64,000 nucleotides of DNA from Candidatus Zixiibacteriota bacterium. GTDB taxonomy: Bacteria; Zixibacteria; MSB-5A5; RBG-16-43-9. Positions 37,891 to 47,556 of this stretch are shown here, piece by piece. The notes under the pieces were generated by a model. The model was not told the origin of the DNA. It saw nothing but the letters and a program-made list of their open reading frames with translations, and made no database searches. The stretch is taken from NCBI GenBank assembly GCA_030692925.1, contig JAUYBY010000028.1:4351-68350 (forward strand). The letters run 5' to 3'. The position numbers and the translations under genes are program-made. Each line of letters begins with the position of its first letter. Within the stretch, counting starts at the first letter, position 1.

Positions 37891-39234
37891 TTATTTTTTC
37901 TTAAACACCCTCTTAAAAATATAATCCACATTTTTCAGGAAATATTTCAAATCAAAGCAGTCTAAGATTTCCTCATTGCTCAGATATTTTTTGATCCTTT
38001 GGTCTTTAAGGACTAATTCTTTAAAACTCTCACCAGTTTCCCAAGCTCTGGTGGCATTTTCCTGCACGTAGGCATAAGCTTCCTCCCTGGTATGTGTCTT
38101 TTTGGTCAATTTAGTCAAGACCCTTTGTGAGAAAACCAGACCCTTGGTCAGGTCGATATTTTTCAGCATATTTTTTGGATAAACTGTCAGATTTTTCATA
38201 ATCCTGGTAAAATTAACCAGCATATAATCTACCAGACTGGTGGAATCAGGCAGGATGACCCTTTCCACTGCGGAATTAGTTATATCTCTCTCATGCCACA
38301 GGTTCATATTTTCGAGAGCAGCCAAAGCATCTCCTCTTACCAACCTTGACATCCCGGTCAATCTCTCGCACATAAACGGGTTCCTTTTATGCGGCATTGC
38401 AGAGGAGCCTTTTTGCCCTTTTACAAATCCTTCCTCCAATTCTAAGACCTCTGTCCGCTGAAGATTTCTTATCTCTGTGGCGAACTTCTCGATTGCTCCG
38501 GCGATTATTGCCATACAGGTTACAAACTCTGCGTGTCTGTCCCTCTGCAAAATCTGGGTGGAAACAGAAGCCGGTGCAAGACCTGCTTTTTTGCATACGT
38601 ATTCTTCTACCTTAGGACTGATATGGGCGAAATTGCCCACCGCACCTGAGATTTTGCCAACTGAAACAGTCTTTATCGCCTTTTTTAATCTCTCGATATC
38701 TCTTTCGATCTCAGAATACCATAAGGCGAATTTGAAACCAAGGCTGATCGGCTCAGCCTGAACCCCGTGGGTCCTGCCGATCATAGGAGTCATTTTGTAC
38801 TGAAAAGCCCTCCTCTTAATAACCTTGTTCAACTCCTCTAAATCCTTGAGGATGATATTCCCGGCATCTCTTAATATCATAGAAAGGGCAGTATCCACCA
38901 CGTCATAAGAGGTCATCCCCAGGTGAACGTATTTCGAATCCTCACCGATATACTCAGCCAAATTGTTCAGAAAGGCGACCACATCATGATGAACTTTGTT
39001 TTCGATCTGGTTGATCTTCTTCACATTGAAGTTGGCTTTCTTTCTTATGCGCGGGACAGCGCTCTTAGGGATATTTCCCAATTTTGCCTGCGCTTCACAG
39101 GCTAATATCTCTACCTCGATCCACTTTCTAAACTTGTTCTCGTCTGACCACAGCTCCTGCATCTTTGGCAAGGTGTATCTTGCTATCATAGCTTGATCCT
39201 TTCTAAATTCCTCTCGTTGCCATGGGAATGGCAA
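37891..39234 (-). CDS. purB: adenylosuccinate lyase
   Basis: Fumarase/ASL family GSSAMPHKRNP signature and PurB length. The C-terminus ...VDYIFKRVFKKK is encoded by the right-hand copy of the direct repeat. Confidence 0.85.
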   Translation of the reverse strand: MPFPWQREEFRKDQAMIARYTLPKMQELWSDENKFRKWIEVEILACEAQAKLGNIPKSAVPRIRKKANFNVKKINQIENKVHHDVVAFLNNLAEYIGEDSKYVHLGMTSYDVVDTALSMILRDAGNIILKDLEELNKVIKRRAFQYKMTPMIGRTHGVQAEPISLGFKFALWYSEIERDIERLKKAIKTVSVGKISGAVGNFAHISPKVEEYVCKKAGLAPASVSTQILQRDRHAEFVTCMAIIAGAIEKFATEIRNLQRTEVLELEEGFVKGQKGSSAMPHKRNPFMCERLTGMSRLVRGDALAALENMNLWHERDITNSAVERVILPDSTSLVDYMLVNFTRIMKNLTVYPKNMLKNIDLTKGLVFSQRVLTKLTKKTHTREEAYAYVQENATRAWETGESFKELVLKDQRIKKYLSNEEILDCFDLKYFLKNVDYIFKRVFKKK

Positions 39235-39270
39235 CGCTACCGTGATTCACTCTCCGCTCTTTTAAAATCC

Positions 39271-39933
39271 CTACCCTTTTCTGACCTTTTCCCAGTCAGC
39301 TAAAAAATTCTTAATCCCCACGTCTGTCAAGGGATGTTTTACCAGTTGCTGTAAAACTTTGAACGGCATAGTGGCGATATCCGCTCCCATAAGGGCGGCA
39401 TCAATTACGTGCAGAGGATTCCGGATGCTGGCAACTAAGACCTCAGTCGGAATATCATAATTCTGAAATATCGTCACGATTTGCCCCACTATGTCCATCC
39501 CGATGTGACTGGCATCATCCAACCTTCCTACAAATGGGCTTACAAAGGAGGCGCCAGCCTTGGCTGCCAATAGTGCCTGAATCGGCGAGAATATCAATGT
39601 GCAGTTGGTCTTTATCCCTTTATCTGAGAGCATTCTTATCGCTTTTAAACCTTCTGTGGAAATGGGAACTTTTATAACGATATTCTTTCCGATTTTGACC
39701 AGCTCAGCAGCTTCTTTTAACATACCCTCCGGGTCTAAGCTTACCACCTCTGCACTGATGGGACCATCCACCACCTCGCAGATTTTTTTGAGCAGGCTTT
39801 TATAATCCTCCTTCTCCTTTGAAAGCAGGGTCGGGTTTGTAGTGACCCCATCCAGGATTCCCCAGCTCGCCGCCTCTTTTATCTCCTCGAAATTGGCTGT
39901 ATCCAAAAAAATCTTCATAAACTCTCCTTTCAA
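39271..39933 (-). CDS. transaldolase / fructose-6-phosphate aldolase (TalC/FSA subfamily)
   Basis: GVTTNPTLL, Schiff-base Lys region IKVP, and a length of 220 aa. Confidence 0.8.
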   Translation of the reverse strand: MKGEFMKIFLDTANFEEIKEAASWGILDGVTTNPTLLSKEKEDYKSLLKKICEVVDGPISAEVVSLDPEGMLKEAAELVKIGKNIVIKVPISTEGLKAIRMLSDKGIKTNCTLIFSPIQALLAAKAGASFVSPFVGRLDDASHIGMDIVGQIVTIFQNYDIPTEVLVASIRNPLHVIDAALMGADIATMPFKVLQQLVKHPLTDVGIKNFLADWEKVRKG

Positions 39934-40661
39934 TAGTTGACCTTGGCTAAATATAATCCTTTAGCTGGTGCAGTCAAGCCTGCTTTTCTGTGGTCTTTAG
40001 CTTTGAGGATATCTGCAAAATCTTTTAAACTGAAATACCCTCTTCCGACGTCGCTTAAAGTCCCCACCAGACTCCTGACCATAGTATGCAGGAACCGGTT
40101 TGCTTCTATCTCGAATTCCAATCTGTTTCCATCCTTTTTCCAGTCTGCCCGCATTACCTGACAGTGATTATCCGGTTTGACAGATTTGCTCACACAGAAA
40201 GAAGTAAAATCCTGTCTTCCCAGAATTATCTTGGTAGCTTTTTTTATCTTCGAAAGGTCCAGACAATAGGATACCTCCCAGGCGAACCTTCTCAGGAAGA
40301 TATCTTTTCCGAGGCAGATTTTATATCTGTAAACCCGGCTTTTGGCACCATACCTTGAGTTGAAATCTAAATCTGCCTCTTCGATATCTTTAATTAAAAT
40401 ATCCTCCAGTAGAAGCGAATTCAATCCTTTATAAACTGAATCTGGACTTAGTTCAGACTCGGTCTTGAAATTTGCCACCTGCTCCAAAGCATGCACTCCA
40501 ACGTCAGTTCTGCCAGAACCGATCAATATAATTTTTTCCTGCAAGATTCTGTTTAGCTTATCTTCTATCTCTCCCTGTACTGTTCTCAATTTGGGTTGTT
40601 TTTGCCACCCGGAGAAGTCAGTCCCGTCATATTCTATTTTCAGTTTTATGTTTCTGGTCAT
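39930..40661 (-). CDS. truA: tRNA pseudouridine(38-40) synthase TruA
   Basis: [22 protein letters not shown]...[11 protein letters not shown]. The start is placed at the internal Met, because the 52-codon upstream extension to 40817 passes through an intergenic repeat. Confidence 0.75.
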   Translation of the reverse strand: MTRNIKLKIEYDGTDFSGWQKQPKLRTVQGEIEDKLNRILQEKIILIGSGRTDVGVHALEQVANFKTESELSPDSVYKGLNSLLLEDILIKDIEEADLDFNSRYGAKSRVYRYKICLGKDIFLRRFAWEVSYCLDLSKIKKATKIILGRQDFTSFCVSKSVKPDNHCQVMRADWKKDGNRLEFEIEANRFLHTMVRSLVGTLSDVGRGYFSLKDFADILKAKDHRKAGLTAPAKGLYLAKVNY

Positions 40662-40715
40662 CACGACATAGATTCTGTCAAAGCTTTTTAGGTAAAGCTC
40701 TGAAAAATCGATTTT

Positions 40716-40786
40716 GCGGGGCTTGGAACCCCACCTACGATAGTCGAAACTGTTGATTTCGTAGGTCGGGCACCCTTGTCCGCAGG
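40716..40786. repeat. repeat family GCGGGGCT.GGA.CCCCACCTACG...TTTCGTAGGTCGGGCACCC, copy 1
   Basis: Related to 50138-50206 and, in inverted orientation, to 52465-52540. Confidence 0.6.
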
Positions 40787-40832
40787 ATCCATTCTGGACC
40801 CGACTATTCTCTGTCACTTTTTCAGAGAACCC

Positions 40833-41636
40833 TTACAAAATAATTCTAAAAGATAAAAAAGAAACCAGGACAATTATTGCCGCAAAAAGGTAATCTTCTT
40901 TTTTGAATTTTAACCTCTGATACGAGCTCCGCTTCTCCCCGCTTTGAAAACCTCTTGCCTCCAAAGCCAGTGCCAGATCATCTGCTTTGCGGAAGGAGGA
41001 GATGAACAAGGGTATCAGAAGAGGAAAGGTTTTCTTGACACGCTGAACTAAATTTCCCTCGAAATTTGCACCCCGAGCCATCTGGGCTTTTTTTAAATTC
41101 ACCCCTTCTTCTAAAAGGAGCGGGATGAACCGGATGGAGATCATGCTCATCAGGGAAAACTCCTCCACTGGCAGTTTTAATTTTTTCAGAGGGCCTGAAA
41201 GCTTTAAAACCCCATCTAAAAGCTCCATCGGCGAGGTGGAAAGGCTTAAGAAGATCGCACCGGAGATAAAAAGAAGAAGCCTCAGAGAATAGACCAGCCC
41301 GTTCAGAATTCCTTCCCACCCTATCTGGAAATATCCAAAATAAAAATAGGTGCCAAGACTCTCAGAGGTCAGGAGCACCTGAAGTAAAAAAATAAAAATG
41401 AAAAAAAAGATAAATGATTTTAAGCTCTTTAAAAAAATCTGTATAGGAATTTCCGATAAAAAGAATAACCCCGAAAAAAGAATGAGCCATAATAAATAAA
41501 GTTTAATATTCACCGCAACCGCGACAAAAAGCACCATCACCAGGACCAAAGCAAGCTTGATCCTGGGGTCTAATCTGTGGATTATGGAATCCCCGGGATG
41601 ATATTGCCCTATTGCCAGATCTTCAAAAAAAGACAT
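40833..41636 (-). CDS. ecfT: energy-coupling factor transporter transmembrane subunit EcfT (CbiQ family)
   Basis: CbiQ-family TM layout. It sits next to truA as in canonical ecfA-ecfA'-ecfT-truA clusters, but no ecfA is adjacent. Confidence 0.6.
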   Translation of the reverse strand: MSFFEDLAIGQYHPGDSIIHRLDPRIKLALVLVMVLFVAVAVNIKLYLLWLILFSGLFFLSEIPIQIFLKSLKSFIFFFIFIFLLQVLLTSESLGTYFYFGYFQIGWEGILNGLVYSLRLLLFISGAIFLSLSTSPMELLDGVLKLSGPLKKLKLPVEEFSLMSMISIRFIPLLLEEGVNLKKAQMARGANFEGNLVQRVKKTFPLLIPLFISSFRKADDLALALEARGFQSGEKRSSYQRLKFKKEDYLFAAIIVLVSFLSFRIIL

Positions 41637-42114
41637 ATTTCCTTCCCATTATTTTGAAGCAACAATATAGTCACCCGCAAAATCAAAGTCAAATTTAAAC
41701 TTTGTTTTGTCCCCTCTCTTGTTAGGAGAGGGTTGGGTGGGGCGTTCCCTCTCCTTTTTTCCTAAACGGAGACTACGTCTGGCGCCCTACGGGCGGGCGG
41801 GCTCGTAGCCACCGCAGGAAAGGAGAGGGATATAGGGTGAGGTTTCAACAAAATAAAGCAAACCTGTCCGAATTTGGATCCAGAGGAAAGGTTTGCCCTA
41901 CAGAATCAATTCCCCTCTCCTTTCATGGGACCCGACAGTCACCTAATATCATTTATGTCCGAGGATAATCCCAAATACCTCACAGCTGATCAAAAGGATT
42001 AAGCTGATTTCAAGATTTTCATCCGTTTAATCTGTTCAATCTGCCTCAAGGTCAAAATCGACTGTGAACGTTTTTTTTCTGCTTTTTCTCACATTGATAA
42101 TTTTTTTTCTACAC

Positions 42115-42143
42115 TTGACAATCCTGTCCAGTTGTAATATTAT
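42115..42143 (+). promoter_or_regulatory. sigma-70-like promoter TTGACA-N17-TATTAT upstream of rnr
   Basis: cTTGACAatcctgtccagttgtaaTATTATc, 38 nt before the rnr ATG. Confidence 0.45.
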
Positions 42144-42180
42144 CTAAACTCTGAAACTTTTCATAAAGCAGTTCAATCTT

Positions 42181-44343
42181 ATGCCCATAGACAAAGCCCG
42201 CATACTGAATTTCATGGCTGAAAAAGCCTATCGCCCTTTGAAGATAAGGGAACTGGCAAAGGGGATGAAAATTCCTGAGGAACATTATCGCGCTTTCCGC
42301 CGCACTGTTCGTTCGATGCTGCAGGAAGGCTCGATCGTCAAGATCAAAAAGAATCGCCTGGGCTTGCCGGAAAAGCTCAATTTAGTGGTCGGAAAGCTCA
42401 CTCTTAATAAGTCCGGATTCGGCTTTGTGCAAGCCGAGGATGGCAAGGAAGAGGTCTATATAAATAAAGATGATGTGGGAACAGCCTGGAATGGCGATAA
42501 GGTTGTGGTCAGGATCTACGGCAGGCAGACCGGAAAAAGCAGAGAGGGAACAATCATAAAAATCCTGGAGAGGGCTAATCAAATAGTTGTTGGAACTTTC
42601 AAACGGGGAAAACATTTCTTTTTTGTCCAGCCAGACGATAAAAGGTTTACCCGTGATATCTATATACCTGAGCCAGGCAAGGCAGAAGAAGGACAGAAAG
42701 TCGTTGTTTCCCTGGAGGAATGGCAGGATAAATATCTGAACCCGGAGGGGAAAATCCAGGAGGTACTGGGTTATCCGGATGATCCCGGAGTAGATATCCT
42801 TACCCTGATCAGAGAATACCAGTTGCCTGTCGAATTCCCTGGAGAAATCGATAGAGAAGCAGAAAAACTCTCCCAGAGGATACCTGAGCTGGAATATCGC
42901 ACCAGGGTCGATTTCCGGGATAATATCTGCTTCACCATCGACCCCTGGGATGCTAAAGACCATGATGATGCAGTATCCCTGGAAAAGTTGGAGAACGGAA
43001 ACTATCTCTTGGGAGTGCATATTGCGGATGTCTCTTATTATGTGAAGGAAAATACACGGCTGGACAAAGAGGCATTTTCCAGAGGCAACAGCATCTATTT
43101 AGCCGATCGGGTTATCCCTATGCTGCCGGAAAAGCTTTCCAATCAGATCTGCAGTTTAAGACCCAAAGAGGAGAAGCTCACCTATTCCTGCTTAGTGGAG
43201 ATAGACCCAAAGGGTAAGGTAATCAAGTATCGGATCGTAAAAAGCCTTATTCAGAGCAGAGCAAAGTTGAATTATGACGAGGTGCAGGCTTTTTTCGATA
43301 CTGGTAAATCGAATAAAAATCTTTCAGGAGTTGAGCAGACTTTAAAGGAGATGCTGAAATTAAGTCAGATTCTTCACCAGAAAAGGATAGCCAAGGGAAG
43401 TTTGGATTTTGACCTGCCGGAAGCTAAAGTCCTCGTAGGAAAGGATGGCAGAGTTCTGGACATCTTCAAACAGGAGAGGCTGGAAAGCCACAGGCTGATT
43501 GAGGAGTTTATGCTTTTAGCAAATCAGTGCGTGGCAAAATATGCCAGCTTACTAAGAGTCCCTTTTCTGTACCGGGTTCACGACCAGCCAGATAAGGAGA
43601 AAATTGAAAACTTCGCGGAATTCATCTCCACCTTAGGTTATAAGTTCCCGGTTGAAAAAAAAGAGGGAACAATGAGTCCAAAGAGGATTCAGAGATTTCT
43701 GAAATCGGCTGAGGGAACCCCACAGGAGGAGTTGATAAATGAGCTCCTTTTGAGGTCTTTGAAAAAAGCCTGTTACCAGCCTGAGAACATCGGTCATTTT
43801 GGTTTAGCCTTTTCCCATTATACCCATTTCACCTCCCCGATCCGAAGGTATCCGGACCTTTTGATTCACCGACTTCTAAAGGAACTTGAAGAAACAAAAA
43901 ACTATATCCCAGAGAGAAGAGCTTATCTTCAGGAAAAACTGCCTTTTATCGGGAAGTTCACCTCAGACCGGGAAAGGTTAGCGGATGAAGTTGAGCAGGA
44001 ATCTATCAAACTCAAACAGATAGAGTACCTGAAGGACAGATTAGGAGAGCATTTCAGCGGAATTATCTCTGGAATCCTGCCCTTCGGGTTTTTCGTAAGG
44101 CTGGATGACCTCCTGGCAGAAGGCCTGGTCCGCCTGAGTTCGATGGAGGATGACTATTACAGGTATGATGAGAAGAATAAAAGGTTAGTAGGCAGACATT
44201 CCAGAAAGATTTATAATTTAGGTGAGCGGGTTAAAGTTCAGTTAATAAGAGTGAACAAAGAGGAAAGGGAGATAGATTTTAACCTTATATCTGAAACAGG
44301 GGCTGGTAAGCTAAAGAAGAGAAAAAGAAGATCTCCGCATTGA
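42181..44343 (+). CDS. rnr: ribonuclease R
   Basis: N-terminal HTH and cold-shock domains, an RNB catalytic domain, a C-terminal S1 domain, and a basic tail. Confidence 0.85.
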   Translation: MPIDKARILNFMAEKAYRPLKIRELAKGMKIPEEHYRAFRRTVRSMLQEGSIVKIKKNRLGLPEKLNLVVGKLTLNKSGFGFVQAEDGKEEVYINKDDVGTAWNGDKVVVRIYGRQTGKSREGTIIKILERANQIVVGTFKRGKHFFFVQPDDKRFTRDIYIPEPGKAEEGQKVVVSLEEWQDKYLNPEGKIQEVLGYPDDPGVDILTLIREYQLPVEFPGEIDREAEKLSQRIPELEYRTRVDFRDNICFTIDPWDAKDHDDAVSLEKLENGNYLLGVHIADVSYYVKENTRLDKEAFSRGNSIYLADRVIPMLPEKLSNQICSLRPKEEKLTYSCLVEIDPKGKVIKYRIVKSLIQSRAKLNYDEVQAFFDTGKSNKNLSGVEQTLKEMLKLSQILHQKRIAKGSLDFDLPEAKVLVGKDGRVLDIFKQERLESHRLIEEFMLLANQCVAKYASLLRVPFLYRVHDQPDKEKIENFAEFISTLGYKFPVEKKEGTMSPKRIQRFLKSAEGTPQEELINELLLRSLKKACYQPENIGHFGLAFSHYTHFTSPIRRYPDLLIHRLLKELEETKNYIPERRAYLQEKLPFIGKFTSDRERLADEVEQESIKLKQIEYLKDRLGEHFSGIISGILPFGFFVRLDDLLAEGLVRLSSMEDDYYRYDEKNKRLVGRHSRKIYNLGERVKVQLIRVNKEEREIDFNLISETGAGKLKKRKRRSPH

Positions 44344-44400
44344 ACAAAATATAAAAAAGATTGCCAAAAAGACTCCTTCCTGTTATTTTCTTAATGTTTT

Positions 44401-45858
44401 ATGGTTCAAAATCATAGAATTCTCAGCATAAGCAAATCCAGCGAGTTTCACCAGGACATTAGAAAGATCCTGCCAGATTTTGAGATAGTTTCAGCCCTTG
44501 ACAGCACCGAAGGGCTGAAAAAACTCAAGGAAGAACCCCCGGAGATTGTGATTCTGGACTCTCGCATAGAGGACTACCCCTGCGAGAGCCTGATAAAGAA
44601 GATTGCAAACAAAAATCCGAGATCAGATCTCCTGGTGGCTTCAGAGGAAATACCAGAACAGGGAGAGATTTTCTTAGGATGCGGGGCAGATGACCTTCTT
44701 CAACTACCTCTGGCACCTGAGGAGGTCAGGATAAAGGTTAAGAAACTTCTCAAGGAAAAAGAATTCCTGGAATCCTGCGGCCTGGTGGGGAAATCAGAGG
44801 AATTAAAAAAGATCGCGGAGGCGATTCTGCAGGTTGCCCCGACCAACATCACCGTGTCTATCACGGGAGAAAGTGGAACCGGCAAAGAATTAGTGGCTCG
44901 GGCAATTCACAACAATAGCCCCAGAAAAGCTGGTCCTTTTGTGGCTGCTAATTGCGGGGCATTGGCTGAAGGGGTTTTGGAAAGCGAGCTTTTCGGACAT
45001 GAGAAGGGATCCTTCACCGGAGCAATAAGTCGGAGAGAGGGATTTTTCGAAAGAGCGGATAAGGGAACCATCTTTTTGGATGAGATAGCCGAGATCAAGC
45101 CTGCCATACAGGTTAAGCTTTTGAGGATTCTGGAGGAAAAAACTTTCTTGAGGGTAGGAGGGGTTAAAGACGTCAAAGTGGATGCCAGGGTCATTGCTGC
45201 CACTAATAAGGATTTAGAAAGGGAAGTAGAGATGGGAAGTTTTCGCAGCGATCTCTATTTCAGATTAAGCGTGGTGAAAATCGACATCCCGCCTTTGAGG
45301 GAAAGGACCAGGGATATCCCCATACTGGTCTATGATTTCATCCAGAAGCTGAACCAGGAAAGCCCTAAGAAAATCTTAGGAGTAACAGAAGAGGCGATGG
45401 AGCTTTTGCTGAAATATCACTGGCCCGGAAATGTCCGGGAATTGAGGAACTTGTTAGAGAGCAGTTTGGTTTTTTCTGCAGACCGCTACATTGAAGCCCA
45501 GGATGTGTTAAGATATATCGATAAGCAGGTGCAAATCGAAAGGCATCTGCCCGTAATTACGGGGAAAAGTGTGACTGTGGCCGAGCATGAGCTAATCTAC
45601 CAGGCTCTCTTAGGCTTGAGAAAGGAGATTTCTGCCTTGCGGAAGGAATTCTTAGAGGAAAGAAGCTCGGAGCCTAAAAAAGAATCCAAAAGTGTTGAGG
45701 TCAAACCTCAGATGAGCCTGGAGGAGATGGAAAAGGAGCTTATCGATAAAACCCTTAAAATGGTGGGCGGCAACCGGAAAAAAGCTGCTAAGATTTTAGG
45801 AATCGGAGAACGGACCTTATATAGAAAGATCGACCAGTACGGGCTGAGAGAGCCTTAG
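44401..45858 (+). CDS. sigma-54-dependent transcriptional activator (receiver, AAA+ sigma-54 interaction domain, Fis HTH)
   Basis: GESGTGKELVARAIH, the GAFTGA-like segment ESELFGHEKGSFTGA, and a C-terminal AAKILGIGERTLYRKI. Confidence 0.85.
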   Translation: MVQNHRILSISKSSEFHQDIRKILPDFEIVSALDSTEGLKKLKEEPPEIVILDSRIEDYPCESLIKKIANKNPRSDLLVASEEIPEQGEIFLGCGADDLLQLPLAPEEVRIKVKKLLKEKEFLESCGLVGKSEELKKIAEAILQVAPTNITVSITGESGTGKELVARAIHNNSPRKAGPFVAANCGALAEGVLESELFGHEKGSFTGAISRREGFFERADKGTIFLDEIAEIKPAIQVKLLRILEEKTFLRVGGVKDVKVDARVIAATNKDLEREVEMGSFRSDLYFRLSVVKIDIPPLRERTRDIPILVYDFIQKLNQESPKKILGVTEEAMELLLKYHWPGNVRELRNLLESSLVFSADRYIEAQDVLRYIDKQVQIERHLPVITGKSVTVAEHELIYQALLGLRKEISALRKEFLEERSSEPKKESKSVEVKPQMSLEEMEKELIDKTLKMVGGNRKKAAKILGIGERTLYRKIDQYGLREP

Positions 45859-45903
45859 GATCTTCAGAAAGATGGTTTCATCCTATTAAAACCCTTTTCC
45901 CGA

Positions 45904-47556
45904 ATGACAAAATTTGCAATCTATCTTTTCATACTTCTCTTAGTCCCCTTTTCACTTACATTTTCTCAGTCTATCTCATCCCAGCTCTATGAAAATGAGG
46001 AGGATCTAGAGGAGGGTCTTCTATCAGGGGACCTAACTTATACCGAATACTTAGAGCTTTTAGACCTACTCCATGAAGGGGTAGGTTCCAGTTCTACGCA
46101 AAAAGACCGGCTGCTTTTTTTACCGGATTTCACCCAGTCCGAAATGGAGCAGTTGACAGATTCATCTGGCACCAAACTCTCCCCTGAAGGAACCGTACCT
46201 ATATATTCTACAGCCGGAAGCTTTTTTCTGCCTAAGATACTAAGCCAGGCAAGAGGACGCATTTCCTTACAAAGTAGACAGAGATTTGATCAGGATTATT
46301 CCTATGATTTTGTGCTCGCCAGATTTAAAGTTAGAGAGAGATTCCTTTTCCAGTTTGAACTTCAAAGGGAGGGCACATCCGATCCTCAGGTAAAGAAAAG
46401 AAGCCTGGAGATTTTAAACCTTGGATATGTTAAAAGAATCATATTAGGCAGCTTTGATGAAAAGATTGGTCTGGGATTGAATATCGGTTACCATCCTTTT
46501 CTCAGGGCTGAACAGGAAGATAATCAGAGCTCTTTTCTTTATCCTATTTCAGGCAGGTTCAACGGGATTCTGATCCAATCTGATTTCGGCTTTTTTCAGC
46601 CTGAGATTATCCTCTCAAAAAATAAAAAAGGAGCTTTATCCCAGGATCTCTGGGCTTTAAATCTTTCAGCCTCATTTAAAGATTTTAATTTTGGCCTGTT
46701 GAGGTCTGAGGGTAGATTAAAAAACGTATCCTCATTTTATGATAGAAACCTTAGCTTTTATCTTAAAGGTACAAAAGGCAAATTAGCCCTCTCCAGCGAA
46801 TATTCCCTTCTCAACAACGGCGCCACCGGCTGGGCTTCGGTACTGGTTTTCAGGGACGAGCCGGCCCTGATGGAATTATCCGGCTGGAGCTATTCCAATA
46901 ATTACGTTCACCTTTTCGGAGCAGGCCCTTCCAATCCGGATTATATTCTTTCAGAAATTGGTGAGGTTGAGTACGAATACCCTTCCAGAGAAAAAGGAGA
47001 AAAAGGGGTTATGTTGAAGTCAGCTTACAGGCTCTCTTCAAGATACTCTTTGAATTTTAGCTATAGCCAGTGGGAAGCTTCCCCCTACTCCCCTCTCAAA
47101 CTCAGACAAAAGATAGGGTTAAAAATGATACTTGCAGAAAAGCTTAAAACCGGGCTGGATTATCTTTACTCCAGCTCAGACTTAGAGGGAGAAGCAGGCT
47201 CTCAACACTTGATAAGTTCTACTTTTATATTTGGGCCCTTGAAAGATATTCTATTCCGTCTAATAACCCGGTACGGGAAAAAGAAATCTGCGGTGACCTT
47301 TGAAGAGAAAAGCTCATTTGAATTCCAGCTCCGCTCAGATTTTCAAAAACCTTTCCCTTTTCTTCTAACTCTCTGGGCAAGGTATAAGGATAATGACCTT
47401 TCAAAAGGAGAGGATAGTTACTGGGATTTCCGGCTGCAGGAACGTCTGTCTTTTTTCAAAAACTCTATTTTCTATGGCGAGTATTTCATAAAATTGCCCT
47501 CTGGTATTCAGGCTAAAACTCAGGGCGCAAAATTCAGATTGGAGGTTGGATTTTGA
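45904..47556 (+). CDS. hypothetical outer-membrane/secreted protein
   Basis: Signal peptide. Beta-rich with a C-terminal aromatic residue (ends ...LEVGF), as expected for an outer-membrane barrel. Confidence 0.4.
   Translation: MTKFAIYLFILLLVPFSLTFSQSISSQLYENEEDLEEGLLSGDLTYTEYLELLDLLHEGVGSSSTQKDRLLFLPDFTQSEMEQLTDSSGTKLSPEGTVPIYSTAGSFFLPKILSQARGRISLQSRQRFDQDYSYDFVLARFKVRERFLFQFELQREGTSDPQVKKRSLEILNLGYVKRIILGSFDEKIGLGLNIGYHPFLRAEQEDNQSSFLYPISGRFNGILIQSDFGFFQPEIILSKNKKGALSQDLWALNLSASFKDFNFGLLRSEGRLKNVSSFYDRNLSFYLKGTKGKLALSSEYSLLNNGATGWASVLVFRDEPALMELSGWSYSNNYVHLFGAGPSNPDYILSEIGEVEYEYPSREKGEKGVMLKSAYRLSSRYSLNFSYSQWEASPYSPLKLRQKIGLKMILAEKLKTGLDYLYSSSDLEGEAGSQHLISSTFIFGPLKDILFRLITRYGKKKSAVTFEEKSSFEFQLRSDFQKPFPFLLTLWARYKDNDLSKGEDSYWDFRLQERLSFFKNSIFYGEYFIKLPSGIQAKTQGAKFRLEVGF

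Noticed and set aside
40662-40817. 52-codon N-terminal extension of truA
   Set aside because: The extension crosses a family-D intergenic repeat and has no TruA homology. The internal Met at 40661 matches the canonical TruA N-terminus.
42382-43020. 212-aa minus-strand ORF inside rnr
   Set aside because: It is antisense to the well-supported RNase R coding sequence.
45859-45903. Sigma-54 (-24/-12) promoter upstream of the outer-membrane/LTD/barrel gene triplet
   Set aside because: No TGGCAC-N5-TTGCA-like match is found in the gap. The only TTGCA lacks an upstream GG at the proper spacing.
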